From assembly GCA_964342815.1 (NCBI GenBank), contig CAYFHS010000001.1, positions 51,749 to 115,748 on the forward strand: a DNA stretch of 64,000 bases. Reading direction: 5' to 3'. Positions 1 through 8,334 of this stretch are shown here, piece by piece. How positions within the stretch are numbered: position 1 is the first letter of the stretch; every line of letters starts with the position of its first letter. A model generated the notes under the pieces. The model made no database searches. It was not told the DNA's origin and saw only the letters and a list, made by a program, of their open reading frames with translations. The DNA comes from an uncultured archaeon (GTDB lineage Archaea > Thermoplasmatota > Penumbrarchaeia > JASLWR01). Both the position numbers and the translations under genes were made by a program.

Positions 1-2555
1 TGAACGTCAATACTGATGGGCGGATCGGATTTGAACCATCCAAACTCGGTGACGTTGTAATGTATCTCCGGGGGATGAGAATCCTTATCGTAATTTATAG
101 TGGTCTGATTTACATTGAGCGCCTTGTCAAAACAACGGATCTGAACGGTGAGATCGCCATTTACCACGTTGACCCAATCCAGGGCCCAGTTGTCGGTGTA
201 ATCCGTGGTAACGGTACCATTGAATATGTCCGTCCAAACTCCCGGGGCACCTGCACGATACTGGGCGAACCAGAGATCGGATCCACTGCCGCCGTTGGAG
301 AAATCCACATCGATCACAGCACCGGGGTCTTCATAGTACTGGCCGTAACTGGCAGTATTGACCGTGATGATCGGTGCGGTTGAATCGTCGCTTATGGGGA
401 TAGTAGTGTAAAATGGTTTCAGATCGTCTCCGGTCACAGTGATATTTGCCAGTCCCGCCACAGTAGGGGTACCCGACACCGAGGCATCTCCGTTGGCATC
501 GGTGGTGTCATTGGCAAAGAGGTCGGGCCAGTTCACAAGATCCACCCTGGCATTGGCTACGTTTGCGCTTAATGAGTCCTCCACATGGACTGGCAGTGGA
601 GCGGCAGAGTCGGTATAGGTCATTGCGGGATGGGTCACGGTTAGAGGTTCAGGTTCGTTGAACCAGAAATTCATGGTGGGGTCGCCCATGTAGTTCACGG
701 TGTAATAGATCCATCTCATATACCCCAGGTGATTGAATCCTGCCAGATCTTCCATTCCCAGCCGATTGGCTTTCCCGGCTTCCCTTACGCCTCCGTTGAA
801 AAGTTTATCGAAGAATTCCAGGGCAAATTTATGCGAAGGCGAAGCAAGCATGTTCCCAGGTGAATATAGGCCGTACCGTGTATTCCCGATGAATACCACG
901 CTGCCTCCGTTGGCATTGAACATCAGGTGCTCGCTTATGGCATCGCTGTAATCAAATGCATTGGCATAGCAGCCCATTGTATAGAACAAATTGAATCTGT
1001 GATCGCTCACGTGGGCGTCCGCATCCGCGCGGTAATAACCAAGTGTTTCCGTAAGTGACATCACGTTGTAATTGGCATGCCCTCCATTGTAAACCACGTT
1101 CACCCCGTCGTTCATTGCCGTGTTGAAATTATTCTTTGTAGCATTTCCGAGGGTTTCGTACAGCTTGATGGAAGTCATCTGCGGTGGAAATGTCTTACTT
1201 TCCAGGTCATCGGAGGAGAGGCTGGCATCCGTATTATCATCCAGCCATGCCGCCGAAAGAAGGGCTTTCTCCACAAATCCCGTACGCGGGTCCCTCTCGT
1301 AGTCAAAAACCTTGTTGACGAAGGTATCTGCCTGTGCAGTGGTACTCACCGGTGCACGGCCGATGTATACTTCAGAAACCTGATCCACATCTCCTCCCGC
1401 GGTCCCGTCATTGGACTCGCCCCAACGCCCGTCTCCGTCATTGTTGTACGGTCCATCCAGACAACCGAAGTAATGATCTACCGGTATATTATCGTCCTCG
1501 CAAACACCGGAGACAAGCCCGTAAAGTCCCCTGAAAGGAACAACGTCCGTATCCCCGCCTATCAGGATATATTCAGTGTTCCAGTTCTGGTAGGCATCGT
1601 TAACGAAATTACGTATCTCCGCAGGAGTGTCCACATCGTCATAGTCCGCATCCGAAGTAATGTCCGCAAGATCTACAATTTTCGTCGGAATACCCTTGTT
1701 TATCTTCCACTGGGCAAGTGGAAGGAAATGATCGTACAGGGCGGCGGAAGTAATGATTACATAGGGATAATACTCCCCGGGTTGGGGTATGCTTCTTTCT
1801 CCTGCCATGGAAGCGAAATTGTACGAATCCAAAATGTGGTCAATAGAGGGTTCGCTTGTTACCAGATTCCGTTGAAGCAGCTCCTCTCTGTCGAGAAGGC
1901 CTCCCGCACCGTGTCTAAGCATGGGGAGGCTGTTATAGTCGGCGTTGTCGCGAAGGTTCAATTTCATTTCAGCTCCTGAATAAAACCGTAATTCGTGAGT
2001 GTCCGGTTCATAACAGATGGGATCGACGATTAAACTGGCAATGGCAAAACCCCTGAAATACTGGATGCCGGTATTTTTCACTGTGGGGCGGCGGGTATCC
2101 CTGGTTGGAAAGTTCTCCCCAGGACCATCTTTCTGATATGATTGAGGCCCTCCCGGATAAGTTATGAACGGAGCTTTCTCAAGTGGAATACTACTGGAGA
2201 TCACCGTGGGATGCCCCCAGTCTATCTCGATATCAGCGATGTCCGCACCAGGAGGTAAGAGCGCATTAACGGTCCGGGAAGGGATATTGAATGCGCCCGG
2301 GGGAGTCACCGAGACCCATCCATCGCCCGATAAGGATATTGTATTCTTAGTCACCCCTGAATTCACTTCGGGCATGGGGAAATCCAGAGACAACGATAAC
2401 GAATCGCCGTTGCCCTGTTCATCACCTTCGCCATATTCCGGTTTAAGATCTCCAGTCGGGGCTGCAACCACAGGAGAAGCTATGTTCAGGACCAACAGTG
2501 CCAGAATGCCCAGCAGTAACATCCTCGCAATTGGGAATTTATTTTTTCGTGTCAT
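1..2555 (-). CDS. Secreted gingipain-like cysteine peptidase (family C25) with propeptide and C-terminal Ig-like extension; runs off the left edge
   Basis: Hand translation from ATG at 2555 (not in the ORF track, no stop in window): signal peptide MTRKNKFPIARMLLLGILALLVL, propeptide-like PGAFNIPSRTVNALLPPGA, YILIGGD, IGRAPV, candidate catalytic His (GGHAN) and Cys (MGCYAN), YMGDP. Confidence 0.85.
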   Translation of the reverse strand, partial: MTRKNKFPIARMLLLGILALLVLNIASPVVAAPTGDLKPEYGEGDEQGNGDSLSLSLDFPMPEVNSGVTKNTISLSGDGWVSVTPPGAFNIPSRTVNALLPPGADIADIEIDWGHPTVISSSIPLEKAPFITYPGGPQSYQKDGPGENFPTRDTRRPTVKNTGIQYFRGFAIASLIVDPICYEPDTHELRFYSGAEMKLNLRDNADYNSLPMLRHGAGGLLDREELLQRNLVTSEPSIDHILDSYNFASMAGERSIPQPGEYYPYVIITSAALYDHFLPLAQWKINKGIPTKIVDLADITSDADYDDVDTPAEIRNFVNDAYQNWNTEYILIGGDTDVVPFRGLYGLVSGVCEDDNIPVDHYFGCLDGPYNNDGDGRWGESNDGTAGGDVDQVSEVYIGRAPVSTTAQADTFVNKVFDYERDPRTGFVEKALLSAAWLDDNTDASLSSDDLESKTFPPQMTSIKLYETLGNATKNNFNTAMNDGVNVVYNGGHANYNVMSLTETLGYYRADADAHVSDHRFNLFYTMGCYANAFDYSDAISEHLMFNANGGSVVFIGNTRYGLYSPGNMLASPSHKFALEFFDKLFNGGVREAGKANRLGMEDLAGFNHLGYMRWIYYTVNYMGDPTMNFWFNEPEPLTVTHPAMTYTDSAAPLPVHVEDSLSANVANARVDLVNWPDLFANDTTDANGDASVSGTPTVAGLANITVTGDDLKPFYTTIPISDDSTAPIITVNTASYGQYYEDPGAVIDVDFSNGGSGSDLWFAQYRAGAPGVWTDIFNGTVTTDYTDNWALDWVNVVNGDLTVQIRCFDKALNVNQTTINYDKDSHPPEIHYNVTEFGWFKSDPPISIDV

Positions 2556-2917
2556 GTTATCCCGTTTTTTATCTCGTTCAAATGATGTTGTAATATACCC
2601 TATTAAAAACACGTATTTCAGCGAGTTACTCGGCTCATATTCACTTATGTAGAATAGATGTGGGTAGCAAGAATGAATGATTATAACCGCGTTATATATA
2701 TGGTTAATATAGGTTAAAAATATTATTGCGTCATTTCAAATTTTTTATTTTCATTACAGGTTAACCGAATACGGTAACGACCCCATTAACAAAATATCTT
2801 TAACCTTGTTTTACAACAAAGTAAAAAATTATAAAAGGCACGACCCTAATCTTTTGCCCAGCTTCCAAGGGCCGGGGGTTGGTTAGTGGTTGTTCAATCG
2901 ATTAAACGGAAGATATT

Positions 2918-3349
2918 ATGCCTGGCAGTTATTCAGAATATGGACGGGACCTTCTCGTTCTTACGAAAAAAGGAGTGGGTGACAAATTCACCACCGACCT
3001 GTCTGTGAAAAGGACGGGTGACCTTGAGACTGTGGAAGGACGTGATCTCATGATTCAGGCAATAAGGCACAGGCTGCTAACGCGAAAGGGCGAACTTGCT
3101 CTGCTTGGTCATCCGGAGTACGGGTCTCTTCTGGAAGATGTTATCGGTGAGCCAAACATTCCGGATACCCATAGGATCATAGAGACGCTTATAAGAGACT
3201 GCCTGAAATACGAGGCCAGGATAAAAACCATAATATCGGTGAAAGCTTCTCCATCCGAGAAAGACAAGGTAAATATATTGGTCCACGTAGAACTGCAAGG
3301 GGGAGATGGGGAACTAAAGATAACGTATCCCCTTTACCTGGAGGAGTGA
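2918..3349 (+). CDS. Baseplate wedge protein, GPW/gp25 family
   Basis: 143 aa; QAIRHRLLTRKGE..HPEYGSLL..IGEP..CLKYEARI is the gp25 pattern; overlaps the start of the baseplate J gene. Confidence 0.85.
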   Translation: MPGSYSEYGRDLLVLTKKGVGDKFTTDLSVKRTGDLETVEGRDLMIQAIRHRLLTRKGELALLGHPEYGSLLEDVIGEPNIPDTHRIIETLIRDCLKYEARIKTIISVKASPSEKDKVNILVHVELQGGDGELKITYPLYLEE

Positions 3350-4845
3350 AATTGGTTTTCAAAAAGAAAGAATACAAAAGTATCGTTGACGCAATTCTAA
3401 AAGATCTCCAGGAACGCTCGCAGGTGGCGGATACCAATGTGGGATCGGTGAGCCGGACACTCGTGGAATCCGTAGGACGTGAGATTTCGATAATGTACGA
3501 GCAGATGGAGGCGGCCTACAATGCCGGTTTTATAGATTCGGCCAAGGGAACCGCTCTGGATATGGTGGTGGCCGTTCTGGGAGTTCAGAGAAAATCTGCT
3601 CAGTTTGCAACGGGCTCAGTGACTTTTTCAAGAAGAAAGGCCAACCAGGATGTTACCATTCCACGCGGAACTATGGTTTCCACAGTTTCCTCGGATCCCT
3701 CCAAGGTAAAGGTTTTCGAGACCAGCGTGACGGTTACGCTGATCAGGGTAAATAATGATATTGAAGTACCTGTAAAGGCGGTTATTCCCGGCAAGGAAGG
3801 AATGGCGGATTTTGAGACCATCGTGAAACTTGATAGTCCCATCATAGGTATAGACCGGGTGTTGAATAAAAAACCTACGACCATCGGAACAGAGAGGGAG
3901 ACCGACGAGGAATTAAGGGCCAGAGCAAAGGCAGTGGTGCTTTCAGCCGGTAAGACCACTGTGGAATCCATAAGAAATGCTGTCATGTCCATCCCTGGTG
4001 TAAGAGGAGTGACAGTGAACGACATGCCCGATGGTGTCCCCGGCGAGATAGACGTTATCGTGGATGGGCCCGACATCTCGGACCCGGAAGGAAGCACTTC
4101 TTTGGCCGTCTTCGAGACAGTGGAAAGGGTGAGACCGGCGGGGATAAGGGTCAATATTAAATCCACCACTCTCGTGAGGACCGATATTACAGCATTCGTC
4201 AATCTTACGGACGTTGCGAGAACCGACGAGGAGATGGACCGGACCCTCGATTCCATCCGAGACAGTGTCACAAATTACATTATTTCGCTTAACAGCGGGG
4301 ACAATATCATAAGGAACCGACTGGTGACGGCATTGTTCGGCAATCCCAATATTGACAATCTCGAAGATATGGTGATAATCACCAGGGTATTCGATGAAAA
4401 GGTAAGAGGAATGGTGGAAGATACCCGAAAAAGGATTGACGAGCGGACCCGTGATATCGAGATCGGCGAGTATGAGCGGGTGGACCTGTCGGGGGTTGAT
4501 ATCAGGACGCAGTTCACCCCCAGGCTCATCTCGTACGTGCAGATCGACCTTTCGGCACGAGTGATACCTACCAAAAAGACAATTTCCTTGGAAAGGCTCC
4601 GGGAGGGAATCGAGAACCAGATACACGCACATTTCGATAAACTGAGGACCGGGGAGACAGTGGATTACCAAAGAATATTCAATCTTGTGAAAGGTGTCGA
4701 GGGCATATCCGAACTGGTAGAACTGAATATCTCTGCCTTCCATGAGGAATCGGGATTGACCTTGAACGACGCAAATGACAACATAATTACATCCGATAAC
4801 GAGATCGTAAAACTCAGGAATGTGGATGTCGATATGGAAGGTTAG
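3346..4845 (+). CDS. Baseplate J-like protein
   Basis: 499 aa; GSVSRTLVE, FIDSAKGTALD, RKSAQFATGSVTF, GTERETDEELRARA, ERVRPAGI; C-terminal extension. Confidence 0.88.
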   Translation: MKLVFKKKEYKSIVDAILKDLQERSQVADTNVGSVSRTLVESVGREISIMYEQMEAAYNAGFIDSAKGTALDMVVAVLGVQRKSAQFATGSVTFSRRKANQDVTIPRGTMVSTVSSDPSKVKVFETSVTVTLIRVNNDIEVPVKAVIPGKEGMADFETIVKLDSPIIGIDRVLNKKPTTIGTERETDEELRARAKAVVLSAGKTTVESIRNAVMSIPGVRGVTVNDMPDGVPGEIDVIVDGPDISDPEGSTSLAVFETVERVRPAGIRVNIKSTTLVRTDITAFVNLTDVARTDEEMDRTLDSIRDSVTNYIISLNSGDNIIRNRLVTALFGNPNIDNLEDMVIITRVFDEKVRGMVEDTRKRIDERTRDIEIGEYERVDLSGVDIRTQFTPRLISYVQIDLSARVIPTKKTISLERLREGIENQIHAHFDKLRTGETVDYQRIFNLVKGVEGISELVELNISAFHEESGLTLNDANDNIITSDNEIVKLRNVDVDMEG

Positions 4846-4891
4846 GGAATTTCATTATCTGGTTCAGTTCCACATATGCAGGTGAGCTAAG

Positions 4892-6037
4892 ATGCTTAAC
4901 ACGGAAAGGATGGCAAATCGGCTTCCCATGTACCTCGAGGCTTACCGGGAAAACTCCACCATCAGAGCCGTTCTTGATGCTTTCGGGAGAGAGATGGAGA
5001 GGGCTGAGGAAAATCTCGGGAAACTGATGAAATCCAAATGGTTCTTCCATGCTGACCTCGGTGACCTGGAGAGGATGGGGCTGCTTTTCGGGATTCCAAG
5101 GCTCCCTGGCGAGATGAAGGTTCCATACCGCCAGCGCTTCTATCTCACTGTGAAAGAGCTGCTTACCGGAGCAGGCACGATAGATTCCATAAGCAAAATT
5201 GTAGAAGCCACAATAGGGACTTCCCCCGATATTGAAGAGAATCCCGCTGAGATAGTTGAGAGCCCGGTCCGTGAACTTGGATCTGACAGCGCCTGGAGCG
5301 AATACAACAAAAGCGTGAAGGAGGACCGGCCCGTAATAACGATCCGCCCCCTTACCCGGGTCCGGGACCCCACGGTAACGAACATCACTACACAGGAATC
5401 CATCACATACAGGGGATTGCTTCGCAAAGGATCCATGCTGCGGATACTGCCGGATGGGACCGCTTCACTTGCAGGGATCGACGTATCGTCCCGCTTGGAA
5501 TTTTATAAGGACGACCAACGGCAGACCGAGGTGCTGACGCCCAGGGTGCCAAAGATGCATTCCGAATGGAAGTATACGGATGGAACCGGATTTTTCGATT
5601 ACGCGCATTTCTCGGAAGCTGTTTTCGCCGCTGCTGCAAAAAATCAGGTAGCAGTGCAGTTAAGGTGGATAAGATACAGACCTGCCACGTTCAATGTCAG
5701 GATGGCGCTGTACTCCAAGGGAGGCCGGTCCACCGAATCAATCGGTTACGAAAAACACCTCCGACAGGAAGTGCGCCATCTAGTTGATCACGTGAAGAGC
5801 GCCGGCGTAAAGGCCAATATTAATTTCTACGACAATTTCACGGAGAAAAATACGGTGCGGGATCAGGGGATCGAGCCCTCCTTTGGAATCCATCATACGG
5901 ACCGTGAAACCCTAGGGGAAGAACTGGAGATGAATGTTGTGATGGAGTTCTGCGAGCAGCAGACCCTGGGGGACCGAATCTATTCCTGCGGAGTATTCGA
6001 TATTACTGAATTCGACTCGGCGAATGTGTGGGGATGA
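4892..6037 (+). CDS. Baseplate/tail protein (gpI/YmfQ-like N-terminus)
   Basis: N-terminal RLPMYL..DAFGREM..DLERMGLLFGIPR..YRQR..GAGT pattern typical of the gene after baseplate J; C-terminal HVKSAGV and FD-type motifs. Confidence 0.65.
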   Translation: MLNTERMANRLPMYLEAYRENSTIRAVLDAFGREMERAEENLGKLMKSKWFFHADLGDLERMGLLFGIPRLPGEMKVPYRQRFYLTVKELLTGAGTIDSISKIVEATIGTSPDIEENPAEIVESPVRELGSDSAWSEYNKSVKEDRPVITIRPLTRVRDPTVTNITTQESITYRGLLRKGSMLRILPDGTASLAGIDVSSRLEFYKDDQRQTEVLTPRVPKMHSEWKYTDGTGFFDYAHFSEAVFAAAAKNQVAVQLRWIRYRPATFNVRMALYSKGGRSTESIGYEKHLRQEVRHLVDHVKSAGVKANINFYDNFTEKNTVRDQGIEPSFGIHHTDRETLGEELEMNVVMEFCEQQTLGDRIYSCGVFDITEFDSANVWG

Positions 6038-6211
6038 ATTTTTTATCACAAATACTCAATCTTTGCCTCTATCATCTCCACCCTTCTCAACCCTCCCGGG
6101 CTCATGGACCGCACCTTTTTTTCCCCCTCTCATCAATAAGGGCTCGCATAAGAATAAGTTCCCATTCTTGCATCCCATCTACCAAGTGGCACACCCGTAG
6201 AAAACATTTCT

Positions 6212-7525
6212 TTACTTCCATTGTGATGCGGAATAGCTCAGTAACCATTCCCATAGGGGTATGTAATCGATGGTTTTCCCTTCTATGTCCTTCATATCTC
6301 TGGTATCTCCTGAAATAATCGTGCCCTTATCGAGGTCGAATTTATCAAGAGCGGATAGAAGAGATCTTGTTTCTCTTTCATCTGCGGCAGATACATCACA
6401 GCAGACCTGGATCGCCTCAACGATCTCATCCCCCTTCATTATCAGGAAATCCACCTCCCCGGAACTGTCCTTCCAGTAGTACATCTCATCATTATATCTC
6501 TTAAGTTCCATGAATACGATATTTTCGTACAGTCTTCCGAGGTCGCGGCTGAATTTGAATCCCACTGCGTTCCTTATACCCGTATCCGTACAGTATATTT
6601 TCTTCGGGTTGACCTGCTGCTTTTTGAGTGAATGGGAGAAGATGGACAATGAGAAAAAAAAGTAAGCTTCTTCCATGGCATGCAGGTAGCTCGATACGGT
6701 ATCGGATGAGATTCCCAGGTGTTTTGCGATTTTACTGTAATTCAGCAGATTTGATATATTTGGAAAGAGATAATTCTTCAGGTTTTCCACCTTGTCGGTC
6801 TTCGTAACGTTCGACCTCTTGATCACATCCCGGTATAGAATGCTGTCGGAATAGAATTTAAGAAGTTCCTTCTTGAAGCTTTCATTTTTTTCAAGGACGA
6901 TCTCAGGAAAACCGCCCCACTGAATATATTCTCTCAGATGGTTTTTTATCATATGCCTTTTTGAGATGATCTCCAGCTTTCCATCGATTGTTACATTCTT
7001 TGCTTTGATAAATTCCCTGAAAGACAGGGGGTACACCTCGAAGTAAACGAATCGACCGGCCAATGAGGTGGACAGTTCGCTCTTAAGCAGCCTGGAGCCG
7101 CTCAAGAATATCTTAACATCTTTATCCAGGTCATATATCCTTTTTACCGTTCGATCCCAATCCTTCTGTTCCTGCACCTCGTCCAGAAAGATATACACCT
7201 TTCCCGTCGGGTTGAACATTTCGAGATGCTTGGTCCTGGCACTTTCGATAAGGTTTTCTTCCTGAATTCTCTCATCATCGCATTTGATGAATAGAATATT
7301 CTCTCCGGGGACCTTTGTCAGCAGATATTTTATCAGAATGTACATTATCGTTGTCTTGCCGGACCTTCGACAACCGGTAATGGGAATAACCTGTTTCTTG
7401 TCGATCCACAATATTATTTTTTCCAGGACTTCCCGTTCCAGATAATCCGATTTGAGATCCCCTGTCCACCAGGGATTCCATTCGACGAGTATTTGCTCTT
7501 GCATTATAGTTGTAATACGGCTCAT
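6212..7525 (-). CDS. AAA_14 ATPase with DUF4143 C-terminal domain
   Basis: Walker A GCRRSGKT, Walker B FLDEVQ, SLAGR, GGFPE, KKIYCTD, YENIV, EVDF. Confidence 0.9.
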   Translation of the reverse strand: MSRITTIMQEQILVEWNPWWTGDLKSDYLEREVLEKIILWIDKKQVIPITGCRRSGKTTIMYILIKYLLTKVPGENILFIKCDDERIQEENLIESARTKHLEMFNPTGKVYIFLDEVQEQKDWDRTVKRIYDLDKDVKIFLSGSRLLKSELSTSLAGRFVYFEVYPLSFREFIKAKNVTIDGKLEIISKRHMIKNHLREYIQWGGFPEIVLEKNESFKKELLKFYSDSILYRDVIKRSNVTKTDKVENLKNYLFPNISNLLNYSKIAKHLGISSDTVSSYLHAMEEAYFFFSLSIFSHSLKKQQVNPKKIYCTDTGIRNAVGFKFSRDLGRLYENIVFMELKRYNDEMYYWKDSSGEVDFLIMKGDEIVEAIQVCCDVSAADERETRSLLSALDKFDLDKGTIISGDTRDMKDIEGKTIDYIPLWEWLLSYSASQWK

Positions 7526-7671
7526 GGCAAATAAATCTTCCGAATGAAATCGTGTAATTTATGAATTTTACGCGATTTAAATCGTGTGTTCTACAAAAAT
7601 GAGACGACCAGCTATGGAAAAATCTACATTATTTCCGGTCCCTTCCGCTAGAATTCATCTTCGTCGTTCCC

Positions 7672-8235
7672 CTACTCCTCCTTACCCTTTCTTCTCATTC
7701 CAAACATCAAGATACCAACGATCGCTCCTACCAAGAACACTACAAGCACAACCCCCACGAGCCACAACACCTTACCATCCCCTTCTTCCGCATTTTCTTG
7801 TCTTTCCCACCGTTCGCTGTCATCAGGATAAGCATCGTCCACGTTCAGTACCCCGTCCCCATCTCTGTCCGGATCGATGAAACCGGGTATCCCTTCTCTA
7901 TTTTGATCTCTTGGATACAATGTATAATAAAGGGAATCTTCATCCGTTTCGGTATCCGGATACCAGTAAAAATAAGCTGTAAATGAAATAACAACAAGGG
8001 AGATGATAACTGCAACAAGAAAAAGTAAACGACCCTGTTTCTTACTCTTATATTCTATCTGTTTTAGGCGTTTCTTCTCTTCTTTCATGGATGAATGTTC
8101 GAAATAATAGTTGCAACTGGGACAGAACTTTTTGTTTCTTTCCGCTGTAAAAACGAATTTCTTGCATTTGGGACATATTCGTATCTTAGTGTCGGCTTTG
8201 CCACCTTTCACTTTCGACATAATATCCACCATCAT
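7672..8235 (-). CDS. Small two-TM membrane protein with N-terminal zinc ribbon and a thrombospondin-3-like Ca-binding loop
   Basis: CPKC..CPSC, hydrophobic helix, DPDRDGDGVLNVDDAYPDD, second hydrophobic helix, basic tail RRK. Confidence 0.7.
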   Translation of the reverse strand: MMVDIMSKVKGGKADTKIRICPKCKKFVFTAERNKKFCPSCNYYFEHSSMKEEKKRLKQIEYKSKKQGRLLFLVAVIISLVVISFTAYFYWYPDTETDEDSLYYTLYPRDQNREGIPGFIDPDRDGDGVLNVDDAYPDDSERWERQENAEEGDGKVLWLVGVVLVVFLVGAIVGILMFGMRRKGKEE

Positions 8236-8334
8236 ACGTTATATGCACCAATGTTACCTTCAAACTTCTACATTTAAATGTTCGTTCTCTAAATTAAGCT
8301 TTATTGAATATCATTCATCCCCTTCTTCCCTTTT

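Noticed and set aside
60-2652. Plus-strand ORFs 60-383, 733-951, 1077-1979, 2164-2652
   Set aside because: Antisense shadows of the C25 peptidase gene, with no recognisable motifs.
3600-4743. Long minus-strand ORFs 3600-4271 and 3943-4743, and similar nested ORFs across the window
   Set aside because: They overlap well-supported genes on the opposite strand and lack coding signatures.
2918-6037. Intact provirus or type VI secretion locus
   Set aside because: No capsid, terminase, portal, integrase, att repeats or membrane-complex genes are present.
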